In this document: piece by piece, positions 36,445-52,030 of the stretch | Layout: each line of letters opens with the position of its first letter | How positions within the stretch are numbered: position 1 is the first letter of the stretch | Source of the DNA: Octopus sinensis | Lineage: Eukaryota | DNA: 64,000 nucleotides | Assembly: GCF_006345805.1 (NCBI RefSeq) | Contig: NC_042998.1 | Coordinates: 49,662,001-49,726,000 of the forward strand | Direction of reading: 5' to 3' | Made by a program: the position numbers and the translations under genes | Notes under the pieces: generated by a model | The model's database searches: none | Told to the model about the DNA's origin: nothing | Seen by the model: only the letters and a program-made list of their open reading frames with translations

Positions 36445-37601
36445 TACAAGCACTGTTTGCATTAGTTATCGTTTGTCTGTTATAACTTGGCTTTGTAAAC
36501 TGATTGAAAGCGCGCATGTGTACAGCTGTATTAACGTTACCATCCCACTGCTACTCTGTATATGTCACTTACACAAATCTGTTCTCCTCTTCCCTGATAT
36601 CAGTCACTCTACCTAAGCCACCTTATTTCTCTCACACTAATACTCTCGCAGTCTTCTCAGTTTTTCCCAAAATAACTCACCCTACCATTACAATTTTATA
36701 AGTTATAAAGTAATATCTTTTTCTATATAGGAGCGTCCACTTCCCAGTTATCCAAGAGAATTTCAATCCATTATTCAACATTCAGGGATAGTAAAAAACG
36801 ACATAGTACAGGGCTAAGTAAATTAGTTTGGCGTCTTAAAGACAATAATATAGATTTCAAGTTAGATTGGTTCATACTGTCTGTATCCTTTCCTTTTGAT
36901 AAGGGCAGGAGATTTTGTAACATTTGCAACTCTGAGCTCTTCCATATCCTCTTCTCTAAGGTTTCCCTTGTAAACACACTCATAGAGAAATCGTATAAAT
37001 GTAAACTGGCAGAAACATACTTTTTACTCATACAAATGATTACGATAGGCATCGTGGTTTGAACAATTAGCTTAACGTGCACTCCACTTCAATAGCGAAA
37101 TTCTTTCCTAAACCTTTGAACATTCTTAATCAACGTACCCTTCCCTTTCCACTGGTTCCCTACCTATCATTCCTTTAACCCTTCTCTTCCTACTATCTAA
37201 CTTTGACGTCAATTCTTCTATCGGTTTTTTTAAAAACACTTATCGTTTTGTTTACCATGTAGGCGGTCATCGGAATTTTTGTTTGTCTTGTTGCCGAGAG
37301 AGGCTCCCTTTCTTTCCTGATGAGAAGATTGCATCTTGCACCCTTTATTCCTTTGGAATGAAACCATGTTGTCTTCAAAACATATGTCGAGAGTAAAGGA
37401 ACTTTGTTAACATCTTCGTTCGACTCCATTCTTTCATTTATTCATTTATAACACACAAATTTCTGCACCACATGAACCCGGAGTTTCTACCCTTGAACAG
37501 GTAGTTTTAACCGTGTTTCTGACGTGAATTTGCTACCCTGGTATCGGTTCAACGAATTTTCCATGCTGACGATAAACATAGGATAATTCATTCACCTATT
37601 G

Positions 37602-37646
<45 letters not shown>

Positions 37647-37705
37647 CAACTAATAAGGGTGAGAAAATTGGATACTAATTTAATAGTACATCCATTTAAC
37701 ATTTA

Positions 37706-37756
<51 letters not shown>

Positions 37757-38871
37757 CACACATATATACATACATATATACACATGTACACACACACACA
37801 TATGTATATACATATTGGTGATAACAACAACAGGAGGTTGTAACCAATACCTTTCCATGTTCTTTTTTATTGTAACTTTCAACTTCGAAATATACACCTC
37901 TTTAGCAACTGCAAGTTACAATAATGTCACCAACTCTTGCTCTAGTGAAACAGAAGTAAACATAAGTCGTTTTACTGAAAATTAACGGAAGAATACATTG
38001 GTTTCCTGAATATTTCTATATATGACTAGCATAAAAAAAAAAGAAAGAAAGGAAAGAAAATCTCATTCTCTTCTACTCGGCTTGAAAACAATCTCTTTCA
38101 TTGATAGCCTTGAGAGTTGATAATTCTCTTAAGTGTTGCAAAGTTGCAAATGGTGAAATATCAAAGGATCTAACGTTTCCATTTTCTCGAGAAATATAGT
38201 CGAAGTTTCACAAATCTCTGATGCAGTTTGTCATTCTCTTTGGAAAAAGTGGATTAAGTTCACTTTAGCCTGTAAGTATTCAGTGAGCCATTCATCATGA
38301 TTTCTGTTATGTTTTCTTCCGAGAGAATCAATGTAATTTTTATAACTTGATTTTATTTCCAGGATAATCTTCCTAATATTTATGTCTCTCCAAGCATATT
38401 CGAACACAGCGTAGTGTTAAGATAGATTTGTTGCGCAAATTAGTTTTCTGGTGTAAATTCTTCGTCGTCCACAATGGTTTATAATATGTTTCTTACATCA
38501 ATCACCAATATTAGGCTATGTTGAGTGCTAGTATTTTCTTCCAAGCATAAAGTCTGATACCAATGTGACAATATTAAATCTTTCAAAGACAATATGAAAC
38601 ACAATTGCGTTTTAATCTTATATTCTGTTGATAAACGATCGGTGTAAGAGAGATAGTAATGCTTCGCATTAAAAGCTTAAAGGTACTTAGTTATATCTTT
38701 ATATATTATGAATTTCACTCGGCGACGCCGGTTTTGTCTTTCATGAATCCAGGGTCGACAAAATAAGTACTATCAAATAATTCAGGGAATGTATTGAGAT
38801 TGATCCGGGCGACTCTGTTATTCCCTTGCCTCAACGTAAGAATTTATACTTGTCCCTCGGAATTCAATACT

Positions 38872-39285
38872 CTTTACTCTTTACTCTTTTACTTGTTTCA
38901 GTCATTTGACTGTGGCCATGCTGGAGCACCACCTTTAGTTGAGCAAATCGACCCCAGGACTTATTCTTTGTAAATCTAGTACTTATTCTATCTGTCTCTT
39001 TTGCCGAACCGCTAAGTTACGGGGACGTAAACACACCAGCATCAGTTGTCAAGCGATGTTGGGGGGGGGGGGTGGCAAACACAGACACCCAAACATATAC
39101 ACACACATACATATATATATATACATATATACGACGGGCTTCTTTCAGTTTCCATTTACCAAATCCACTCACAAGGCTTTGGTCGGCCCGAAGCTATAGT
39201 AGAAGACACTTGACCAAGGTGCTACGCAGTGGGACTGAACCCAGAACCATGTGGTTCGTAAGCAAGCTACTTACCACACAGCCAA
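38872..39285 (-). mobile_element. tRNA-derived SINE (same family)
   Basis: Full-length copy. Confidence 0.8.
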
Positions 39286-39394
39286 TATATATATTTTTAT
39301 TTAACGTCTGAAAATATCTGCGAACATATAACCATATGCACATGTATCACCCACTTGTGTGTGTCGTATACTTTGAATTCAAATGCCTTGACAT

Positions 39395-39826
39395 TGGTGG
39401 TTTTTGAAAGAAATACAAATACAGTTCGTGTGATAAGAAGTTTTGCTTCACAAGCATATGGTTCCGGGTTCAGTCCCACGGTGCGGAACCTTGGACAAAT
39501 GTGTTCCACTTTAGCTTCGAGTCTACCAAAGGTTTGTATGTGGATTTGGTAGACGGAAACTGGAAGATCGATTCCTAGACTGGGCATTGCGTTGTGTTCT
39601 TGGGAAAAACACTTCATTTCGCGTTGCCCTGCTATCTTTTCGTCGTCTGACATGTGCAAGTCGTGCACCTGTGCAGGTTATGTCGATTGGATCGGAAGAG
39701 TGAGCTTATGTGAACGCAAACATTTGATCAGTATAAACAAATCAAATGTGTGGTTGTCCAGCAGCAAATTGCAGAGACCTCATACGACGTCTAAAGATGA
39801 GAGAGTCCATCACACACACACACACA

Positions 39827-39866
<40 letters not shown>

Positions 39867-40122
39867 CACACGCGCATACACACGCACACACACACATTTA
39901 TGCGTGTGTGTCTTTGTGCCCCACCTCCGCTTGACAACCGGTGTTGGTGTGTTTACGTTCCTGTAATTTAGCGGCTCCGTAAAAGAAGCAGATAGAATAA
40001 GTACCAAGATTTACAAAAAAAAAAAAAAAGAAAAATACTGGGATCGATTCGTTCGATTAAAGTTCTTTAAGGCGGTGCTCCAGCATAGCCGCAGTGAAAT
40101 GACTGAAACAAGTAAAAGATAA
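39395..40122 (+). mobile_element. Decayed and interrupted copy of the same SINE family
   Basis: Head-like 39395-39570 and tail-like 39790-40122. Confidence 0.55.
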
Positions 40123-40237
40123 AAAAACCAAAAGTATATAGGCATACATACATGTGTGCGCGTGTGTGTTTGTGTTTGTGCGTTGATGTACCTGACCGAT
40201 TACTTTGGGAATATGTATTAAGTAAACGTAATTTTGT

Positions 40238-40545
40238 GGAGGCGAAATGGCCCAGTGGTTAGGGCAGCAGACTCGCGGTCGGAGGATCGCGGTTTCGATT
40301 CCCAGACCGGGCGTTGTGTGTGTTTATTGAGAGAAAACACCTAAAGCTCCACGAGACTCCGACAGGAGGTGGTGGCGATCCCTGTTGTACTCTTTCGCCA
40401 CAACATTCTTTCACTCTCTCTTCCTGTGTCTTGAGTAGCGCTGCGATGGACAGTCGTCCCGTTCAGCTGGGGGGAACACATACGCCACAGAAACCGGGAA
40501 ACCGGGCCCATGAGTCTGGCTAGGCTTGAAAAGGGCTAAAAAAAA
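40238..40545 (+). mobile_element. tRNA SINE with V-domain-like segment and A tail
   Basis: TGGCCCAGTGG A box, GGTTTCGATTCC B box, GCTGCGATGGAC..TCCCGTTCAG. Confidence 0.75.
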
Positions 40546-41211
40546 AAAAATTTTTACACTTCATTTCAAAATGGCTTCAATGCCAATTATGTATGACAAA
40601 AACACAACTAAATCTAAATACGTTATATTACGCTGACATCAACAGTTCTGTCACATTCTTAACAAAATCTTATTTTCTCAAAAATAGCCAATTCACTACA
40701 AATGACTTGCAGATTGTACTGCGTAAAACAGCATTTGCTTGGACTCATTGAAGCGACTACAGGATGGTTTATTATCTATTGTATGAAAACTTTCCTTATG
40801 GCAGATTATAACAAAGCATTAATTCTTTATAGCAGAACCTTTTTGTTGACCATTCAACGTTGATGGATGAAAACGAGAAAGAAACGACGATTCATGAGCT
40901 ATTATTAGACTAGTGACCTGTTCTGAATGCTTGAAACAGAATGGGTTCCGCTAAAGAATGGTTCCACTCAAGGATCAAGCTGCAGCCTTTAAACACAGGA
41001 CGGGTTAAGCTTCCGTGCGTTTTCGGTCTATAACTAACCTATTTGACTCACAAAACTTGGAGCATTTCACGGCTAATAATGTACATGTATGTAAAAGTCG
41101 CAATCTTTAATTTGAAAAGCAAAGAATGCAAGGCAAAGGCGACCTTGACGAAATACTGCAAAAAATTTCGGCCGGCATACTAAGGATTCAGCCAGCTCGC
41201 CGCCTTAATGC

Positions 41212-41605
41212 TTTTTATTCTTTATTCTTTTACTTACTTCAGTCATTTGACTACGGCCATGCTGGAGCACCGCCTTTAGTCGAACAAATCGACCCCAGGA
41301 CTTATTCTTTGTAAGTCTAGTACTTATTCTATCGTTCTCTTTTGCCGAACCGCTAAGTTACGGGGACGTAAACACACCAGCATCGGTTGTCAAGCGATGT
41401 TTGGGGGATAAACACAGACACATATACATATATACATATATACGACGGGCTTCTTTCAGTTTCCGTCTACCAAATCCACTCACAAGGCTTTGGTCGACCC
41501 GAGACTATAGTAGAAGACACTTGTCCAAGGTGCCACGCAGTGGGACTGAACCCAGAACCATGTGGTTGTTAAGCAAGCTACTTACCACGCAGCCACTCCC
41601 GCGCC
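41212..41605 (-). mobile_element. tRNA-derived SINE (same family)
   Basis: Full-length, CpG-retaining copy. Confidence 0.8.
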
Positions 41606-42425
41606 TGAAATATTGTTAGCAAAGGTTACTGGCATTGACAGAAAGTGGACGGTCTCTAAGACAATTTTAGCTTCAGAAATATAAACTTATTTTAGTGACG
41701 TCAGCTTTTGAACACGCCTTTTCTGGTGTAATGAAAAAAAAAAAAAGAAAGAAAGAAAGAAAAGAAAAGAGAAATAATATATTCCAGTATCGATCATAGA
41801 ATATCTACTTGTCAAAATTAGACACAATAACACTAAAAGAGGAAGCGTCGAGAAAGAAAAAAACTAACATCAAAAAACTCCTTCAAAGATATAAAAATAA
41901 TTTATGTTCAAAAAAGAAAGAGAAAGGAAGATGGAAGATAATAGGACAGAAAATGACTTTTGAAAAAAAAGATGAAAAGAAAATGGCAGAAGCAGAAATA
42001 GAAAACTACTTACAAAAGAGGATAAACATTGCGTAATTTTCAAAAGATGAAACAAGTGTTATCTATCTTAGTATATAGCTTCGTCTTCCTGCCGAAATAA
42101 TTTTGTTACGTTATTTTCGAGTTATTACTTCCGACAGTGTCAACAACAATTCCGTTAGAAAACGTCGTATACAGTCTTATTTATGTTTTCAAAGCGAAAA
42201 TAAACATTGGTAATGAAATATTAACTTACTTTTGAATAATTAGATTGATCTCTCTCAAATTAAGGCTAACTTCCGTTTGCCCTCATATCTTAAGTAAATT
42301 CCAAGATAACCGTATCTGGTTGGTTATGGAACCCGTTAGAAAGTTCAATATTTAATAGTTAAGCAGGGATGGCATAGAGCCCAGCTGAAGGCATAACACA
42401 TAACTAAAGATATTTCGCGCATGCT

Positions 42426-42657
42426 AAGGCGGCGAGCTGGCAGAAACTTTAGCACGCTGGGCGAAATGCGTAGCCGTATTTCGTCTGTCGTTAAGTTCCG
42501 AGTTCAAATTCCGCCGAGGTCGACTTTGCCGTTCATCCTTTCGGGGTCGATAAATTAAGTACCAGTTACGCACTGGGGCCGATGTAATCGACTTAATCCG
42601 TTTGTCTGTCCTTGTTTGTCCCCTCTGTGTTTAGCCCCTTGTGGGTAGTAAAGAAAT
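42426..42657 (+). mobile_element. Meta-domain-like SINE monomer
   Basis: GGCGGCGAGCTGGCAGAA head, GAGTTCAAATTCC B box, core. Confidence 0.8.
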
Positions 42658-42745
42658 ATATATTTAACACATGCCATTTCCGTCCACCTGGCTATAAACA
42701 ACAATGTAGAATTGATGCAGTCTTGTATTAAAAGTGACAGAGTCA

Positions 42746-42795
<50 letters not shown>

Positions 42796-42799
42796 TATA

Positions 42800-42839
<40 letters not shown>

Positions 42840-43204
42840 TTGTGTTGACTTACGATAGTATCTTCCTATAATTACTGCAGTTCAGTGCTGAATGCAGCGG
42901 AGACAGTATAGCGTTTTTATGTTAACTTGCAATACTAGGTCTTCACATGAAACATTGAACTAGAGAAGCAGACAAGAAAACGAAGAGAAGCCAGATCAAG
43001 TAAGCAACTGTTTGTCTAGTAAATAGTAATAAAAAGGTCGCTGCTCCTCAGATCAATCACTGCTGTATCATGAAGGTGAGGGAAATAACATCGCAACAGG
43101 TGAATTATATAAACAGCTTTGCGGAAAAAATAAAAAGGTCATGACCACGGTTTGAATTACTGTTCAACAATAGAAATAGCGCAAAAGAACAATGACGATG
43201 CCAC

Positions 43205-43420
43205 CACCACCATTATCATCAACAGCAGCAGCCGTTCAAGAATTTGGACCTGGAGATCTCCATTTCCAGCGACTTCGAGGGCCACGTCCCAGTGGTGTAG
43301 GGCGTCAACGAAGAGCCCTCGACTACAAGAAGACGACCAAAGTTTTTTTTCCAAGGTCTGGGGCCTCCCGCCCCTAAACCCTAGACCATCACCTAATCAC
43401 CCTTACCCGTCTTGTAGCTT

Positions 43421-43459
<39 letters not shown>

Positions 43460-44886
43460 CAACAGCAGCAGGAGAAAAGAAAAATGCAAGAAATATACAG
43501 TTTTCTGAATGTCGGGAGATTGTTCTGCGGGCGACATTCAGTAGTACGGGAGTTTGCTTGAACCTTTTCTGTTTGATTGCCAATTTTCAGTCTCTTCAAT
43601 TCCTGCTCGAATTGATTTCATATTCGGTGTAATGCTATAGTTTTATATGCTAATCAATGGCTTGAGATTCATTTTCGCCATCAATCAACAAACAAAGAGT
43701 TAATAACTTTTAAAGTTTTCCAATTTTGGGTAATTTTAGTCAGTCGTAAGCTACAGACACTTTCATGCCTGTTTCCGTAGTAACAAACCAAGCACAAGAC
43801 CTCTTTTGTCTGCGAGAAAGCACGTGTTGACGAATATATTCTATTCACTAATGTAGTGGTGAGATGTGCTAAAAATAGGCCTTAAATCACACACCACCAA
43901 AGTTTTTGTTTTGGTTTTGGCCTAATCGTATGAATTCTCGCGTGTAGAACACAAATTCGCAAAAATTTTCTGAAAATTCCAAAAGAATAAAAAAGTTACG
44001 AGGGGTTATATCACGTGCGTAATATTCGACCAGTTTTACATTTGTTTACAGTTGACAACACATGCTGTCACGCAAAAAATGACAGCTTCCAAATCCTGTT
44101 TTCACCCTTGCCCGTCTTGTAGCTTAACAACAACAACAACAATCAAAAGCAGCAGGAGAAAAGAAAAATGCAAGAAATATACAATGATCAAACTTCAAAC
44201 CACGATAAACATTTAAAAAAAAATTTCTAGAAAAAGTGAAATATCTCTTGAGATTCAGCTTGGAAAACTACATTGATGTACCAAATTTTAGTATTTTCAA
44301 TAAACTTTGAATTTTCTAAAATAGGCAGTCAAACCGAAAAGATCCGTTTGCTTCAACAGAGTTGAACAGGTTTTACAATGCAACAATGACAGCGACGACG
44401 ACGACGCCATCAACAACGAGGTCAATGACCAAAAAATTTTAGAATTGGAGACCTCGAATTTATATCTTCTTTCATAGTTATTTTGTGTTGTCGCAGTTTT
44501 TATTGTTGGAGTGAAACAACAATAGTAGCAAGAGCGATAACAAATAATTAATAGTTTATTTCAAACAGTTGGTTTAGGGCAATGACTGATCGATGAAGTA
44601 GTACAGTAAAGTAATTTGTGGACAATTTAAAATGTAGTTTTTTCTCTCTCTCCGAGACAAACTTGAGATTTTGCTTTACATTTATTATATTATTTATAAG
44701 TTTAAAACGAATGGACTGAGGCTTCAGATTTTTTTTTTCCAGTATCGGAAGTCTGCATTACTTAATGTTTAGTTGAAACATTTCTGAGCAAATTTAACAA
44801 ATAGATATCGATTAATTGGAGAAGGAATATGCAATGTATTTGTTACAGTCTTTAAGAGCTTAAACAATGACCTCGGGGAAATGAAG

Positions 44887-44950
<64 letters not shown>

Positions 44951-45023
44951 TATTCTCAGCGGAGGGTCGGCAATATAGAGGTCCGTAGTTTTGTTACAGT
45001 TTCTTTTTGAAGGCTGTTGTTGC

Positions 45024-45060
<37 letters not shown>

Positions 45061-45275
45061 AAGCAACAAGACGGGTAAGGGTGATTAGGTGATGGTCTAG
45101 GGCTTAGGGCAGGAGACCCCAGACCTTGGAAAAAAATATAAAAACTTTGGTCGTCTTGTTGTAGTCGAGGGCTCTTCGTTGACGCCCGACACCACTGGGA
45201 GGTGGCCCTCGAAGTCGCTGGAAATGGAGATCTCCAGGTCTAAATTCTTGAACGGCTGCTACTGCTGCTTCTCTT
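43205..45275. mobile_element. ~2.1-kb element bounded by ~260-bp GC-rich inverted repeats
   Basis: 43210-43460 is the reverse complement of about 45020-45265 at high identity; partial direct copy of the arm at 44100-44180. Confidence 0.65.
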
Positions 45276-45624
45276 GCTGCTGTTGCTGCTGTTACAGTTG
45301 CAGTTGTTTTTTGTTGTTGCAGTGAAAGTTGTTGTTTGGCTCGGATAACGGCTCTGCTCATACACACCTATGGTCAAAGATGTCCTTGCTCTAACCACAT
45401 GATCTTATATTTAATAATGCCACTGTAATATGGAGTCGATCAGTCAAATCTTAGCTTCGTTATTGTTATTATTTGTTATGGAGTAAGATATGGTCCAAGT
45501 GGCATTGTTCTCATTCACTGTCTTGTCTGATGTAAAGTTATTGTTCTTCTCTAACCCCAATGTAACTCTTAAATGAGAAAATGTATCCCTTTTGGGGGCT
45601 ATCTAAAATTACAGTATCAAATAA

Positions 45625-45810
45625 CTCTTTTACTTGTTTCAGTCATTTGACTGTGGCCATGCTGGAGCACCACCTTTAGTCGAGCAAATCGACCCTACGA
45701 CTCATACTTTGTAAGCCTAGTACCTACTCTATCGATCTCCTTTGCCGAACCGCTAAGTTACGGGGACGTAAACACACCAGCATCGGTTGGGGAGACAAAC
45801 ACAGACACAC

Positions 45811-45861
<51 letters not shown>

Positions 45862-46082
45862 CACACACACACACACACACACACACAACACACACACACA
45901 CACACACACACATACGTATATACGACAGGCTTCTTTCAGTTTCCGTCTACCAAAACCACTCACAAGGCTTTAGTCGGCCCGCGGCTATAGTAGAAGACAC
46001 TTGCCCAAAGTGCCACGCAGTGGGACTGAACTCGGAACCATGTGGTTGGTAAGCAAGCTACTTACCACACAGCCACTCCTGC
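45625..46082 (-). mobile_element. tRNA-derived SINE (same family) with (CA)n core
   Basis: Full-length copy. Confidence 0.8.
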
Positions 46083-46130
46083 ACATATGCGCGTGCGTAT
46101 ACATGCATAATACATACATTCATACATGCA

Positions 46131-46164
<34 letters not shown>

Positions 46165-47132
46165 CATACATTCATACATGCATACATACATGCATACATA
46201 CATGCATGCATACATACATACATACATACATACATACATACATACATACATACATACATACATACATACATACATACATACGAATATTTTGGCCTGTAGA
46301 AATGATCATAGAACTACTTATTTATGAGGCGAAGTTCTTAACTAAACACCCATAACAGCCACGTAGTCTTGTTTCATTTTACTGCTAGAATATGAAAACT
46401 TCGCGAACGAGATGCTAACTGTATCAACCAAGCGAATAATGCAAATTATTTGAGAATATCAGTAACTGTAAAGGATTAGTACTTACTCATACCCGAAACG
46501 CACACTATGAAGCGATTGACCCTTTACATTCGCTTAATTGTAAAAGATATACTCAATGGAGTTTTAACTTATTCAAGGAAGAATGCCTTTTATGAGAACT
46601 CGCAGGAAATGAATAGATTTATCATGGCTTTAGATGTAAATTTTCTGTCAGTGGAATGAAGCGTGATCTTGCGCTTCTGTTTTCAATAGATGAGTGGATT
46701 TGGTGTTTTAGCTTTGCAAAACGTTATTAATTACAGACGAAGATCAAACATAGAACAAGTATTATTACCGAGATTTCTAATTTGATAATGTTAACATTAG
46801 TATAATACTGACTTTGTTAACATGTTTGAAACGGTTGTCAACATGTGCAATCAATTTGTATATCAGAAAGAACAGGAGCATAAGTAGTCCATTACGTTGC
46901 AGCCGCTATCAAAGCTGTCATCGTTATTTAGATTTAGTATAATGTCTAGGTTTCGTCTAACCGCACATTTACAGATGTAACTAGTATTATTCTAGGAATT
47001 TCGAAATTATTATTTAGAGTTGGAAGCACTAAGGTGAGGACCAGTAAAAACAGTAATAATGAAGTAATCAGTAAGAAAATAAAAGCAATAAAGAAAAGAT
47101 TATTATATATATTTTTTACAAATAACTTCAAT

Positions 47133-47229
47133 GCTTACGGCCATATCACGTTGAGAGCACCGGTTCTCGTTCGATCACCGAGGTTAAGCAACGTCGAGCC
47201 TAGTTGGGGAAACCTAGGTGCTGTAAGCG
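47133..47229 (+). pseudogene. 5S rRNA pseudogene with ~23-nt internal deletion
   Basis: GCTTACGGCCATATCACGTTGAGAGCACCGGTTCTCGTTCGATCACCGAGGTTAAGCAACGTCGAGCCTAGT|TGGGGAAACCTAGGTGCTGTAAGC; lacks the TAGTACTTGGATGGGTGACCGCC segment. Confidence 0.88.
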
Positions 47230-47242
47230 TCACACATTTTAT

Positions 47243-47600
47243 AGGCGCAGGAGTGGCTGTATGGTAAGTAGCTTGCTAACCAACCACATGGTTCCGGGTT
47301 CAGTCCCACTGCATGGTACCTTGGGCAAGTGTCTTCTACTATAGCCACGGACCGACCAAAGCCTTGTGAGTGGATTTGGTAGACGGAAACTGAAAGAAGC
47401 CCGTCGTATATATGTATATATATGTATGTGTGAGCATATGCATACATACATACATACATATATACATACATACATGCATGCATGCATACATATATACATA
47501 CATGCATGCATACATACATACATACATACATACATACATACATACATACATACATACATACATACATACATACATACATACATACATACATACATACAAT
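47243..47600 (+). mobile_element. 5' half of the same SINE family running into (CATA)n
   Basis: GGCGCAGGAGTGGCTGTATGGTAAG head through GAAGCCCGTCG. Confidence 0.8.
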
Positions 47601-48426
47601 TAAAAGTTCAGGAAAAGGAAAACATGGTGAATTAATGCGGAACATATAGCTCTTGTACCTTGACTATAAATTCTAATTTGTACACATCATCATAGGTACA
47701 TTGGATTATGTACCAACAAATTTACACGAAAACCTAGAAATACAAGGCTTTTCGAAGAAAGTGCATTAGAAACTGACGCGGATTCTCCAAAATCAATCTA
47801 TTTGTGGCGCAGTGAAGATTAGTACGACATTCCAAAGATTCTCAATCCGAGATTCCTTAGGTGAATAGAGGCACAAACTTGGATGGGCGCATCAACAGCT
47901 CAAACAACACACCAACTCGATCACATATTTACAAACACCGAGAACACTTTTAACTCAAGAAGTCTTTTCGCTTTGTTAGCGAACGGCTTGAAATCACCGA
48001 AGAAGGACCTAAAGCTTAAAGAAAGACTATACATACATACATATTCTCTCACAACCAACACATGCCATTCTAACATCATCGACTTACGTTACTTATAATC
48101 GAAACAGTTACAACCCAATGATATAACGCAACCTATGCTGCATTAACTCGGCATTTTACTAAAATACCTTACACCAACTAGACATTACATATCAAGCACA
48201 ACCAACATTCAAAGAAACGGCACAGCTCACGACGCATATATTATTCAACGCAACACAGACAAAATAGTAAAACAACGATAGGAATTACATAAAACTCACA
48301 CACACAAAAAAGAAAGAAAATACACGACAGTCACCATCGTATATCTCCCCCCTCCTGCACAGTTCTGTAACACCTGGATAAACATTAAAAGCTCACATGA
48401 CAATGTTGCAAAGAAAGAGGAGTAGG

Positions 48427-48441
48427 TGCAGGAGCAGAAGA

Positions 48442-48490
<49 letters not shown>

Positions 48491-48784
48491 GTAGTAGTAG
48501 TAATAGTAGTAGTAGTATTAGTAGTAGTAGTAGTAGTAGTAATAGTAGTAGTAGAAGAAGAAGTAGTAGTAGTAGAAGAAGAAGAAGAAGTAGTAGTAGT
48601 AGTAGTAGTAGAAGAAGAAGAAGTAGTAGTAGTAGTAGTAGTAGTAGAAGAAGTAGTAAGTAGTAGTAGTAGTAGTAGTAGAAGAAGAAGAAGAAGAAGT
48701 AGTAGTAGTAGTAGAAGAAGAAGTAGTAGTAGTAGTAGTAGAAGAAGAAGTAGTAGTAGTAGTAGTAGTAGTAGAAGAAGAAGA

Positions 48785-48822
<38 letters not shown>

Positions 48823-48862
48823 AAGAAAGAAGAAGAAGAAGAAGAAAATGATGATGATGATG
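48427..48862. repeat. Compound (AGT)n/(AGA)n/(ATG)n triplet tract
   Basis: Direct reading. Confidence 0.95.
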
Positions 48863-49424
48863 AAGTTGTTGATGAGGATGAAAAATTATACGAGACTTAT
48901 GCTTTTGCTATTGTCGCCGTTCGCTCTCAAATTATTCACTTTCACATTTCTTTTTCATCTATTTCATTTTTGTTTTGTCTTAACGTATTTTTTGGGGGTT
49001 AACTTTTTTCCTCCCCACCCCACTCCACCCCACCATCTATTCTTGCTGTCGGCTGCTTTGTTCGTTTTTTTTCTAATCAATCTTATTATTTCTTCTAACC
49101 AATGAGATTTGCTGATGTTACAAGGAAAACGTTTATTGCAATGAAGCGAAACGTAATCAAACACTTTGGAAAAACGCAAACATTTCAGATAGAGACTTTC
49201 GGAAGAAAAAAAAACGAAACGTTCACTGATTCTTCAGAATATGCCTTCAGTTTTTGACATTTCTTTTGGGTGAGTGGGGGGACACTCCCCCTACTCCAAA
49301 GGAAAAAAAATGACAAAGACAGGAAATATCCATTAAATAATCATAATAAAATCATTTTGTTTGTATGGCTGTTCTATTTAGACACACTGGTGAAGGTCAT
49401 TTTTACTCATCAGGATGTAGTCAT

Positions 49425-49770
<346 letters not shown>

Positions 49771-50899
49771 ATACACATATATACATGCATACAAACATGC
49801 CTTTATCCATACGTTCGTACATAGGTACATGCATACTTACATAATACATACATGCATACATACATATATTACATGTATATATATGTGCCCCAGTATGGCC
49901 TCAGTATAATAACTGAAACAAGTAAAAGATAAAAGATGTATGCATGCATGTGTGTGTGTGTGTGTAGTGAGAAAACATTATTGGTAATCAAATTATATTC
50001 CCCAATAAAACTATGTCGAAATGAGTTTTAAATGAGCAGATAGCTCACTTCCTCGGTATTTCGAAAAAAAAAAAAAAAAAGGATAAGAAAATCTCCCAAA
50101 ACCCAACATATTTTTTTGCCGAAATACCGAGGAAGTGACACGCAGTGGGAATGAACCCGGAACCATGTGGTTGGTAAGCAAGCTACTTACCACACAGCCA
50201 CTCCTGCGCCGATATGCTGAAAACATATTTGACATTCTTATACTTTAACGTGAATATGTTTTAATGAGCTTGATACAAAGATGGAATAAAAAAAAATCTG
50301 CACAGCGAATATCCCACGTTACAATAGAATCGAAGGAAGTAAGTTTATGTGTAAAAGATGATAATTGTTCAAAGCATCTGCACTTAAGTCAGAAACTGAA
50401 GGCTTAATTTTAGCTGTACTGGGGCATAAATAATAAAAAATAATGAAGCAAGGAGTTAATGTCAACTACATAATACGCAATATGTGTATAGAAAGGAAAC
50501 ATTGACTATACAATATCTGGCGGCCTAATTCTTGCAAAAGTAGACATTAGTCTACTGGCTGCTTCAGCGAGAATATCTAAAACAAGTGGTTATGCAGATA
50601 TTAAAGTCAGGACAATGATTTAGCTACGATGGCCGTGGTCATATTTGTTTAGACATACAAAGAGACTAAATTAATTACAAAATGGAAAACTCATTGGTAA
50701 ATGGTTAAACAGTTCTTATGTTTTTTTTGAATGGCTACAATGAATTTTCCATTCTGTAACTGCTTGTCAGACAAGTATAGCTACGAAATTAAAATAACTG
50801 TTTTGAAATTGTAATCAACGGCAGACAATAAATTTATGCAGCAGCGTAAATGTCTTAGTTCTCTCTAATAGACATACAAAGAAGTTAGCAAAGTCTCAA

Positions 50900-52030
<1,131 letters not shown>

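Noticed and set aside
36771-37429. Two minus-strand ORFs (103 and 78 aa)
   Set aside because: Only faint resemblance to LINE endonuclease/RT motifs and no splice support; left unassigned
37565-37610. CTGACGA..ATAGG/CCTAT..GAAA next to (AT)n
   Set aside because: Extra nucleotides between core and stem II, and no stem I
41809-42036. Lys-rich 75-aa ORF
   Set aside because: Arises from A-rich low-complexity DNA
47730-48130. Second degenerate Penelope RT fragment
   Set aside because: Motif resemblance too weak to support by eye
48397-48663. Ser/Arg-rich ORF, and the many YI/HT/VC/LSIY ORFs elsewhere
   Set aside because: These are translations of microsatellites
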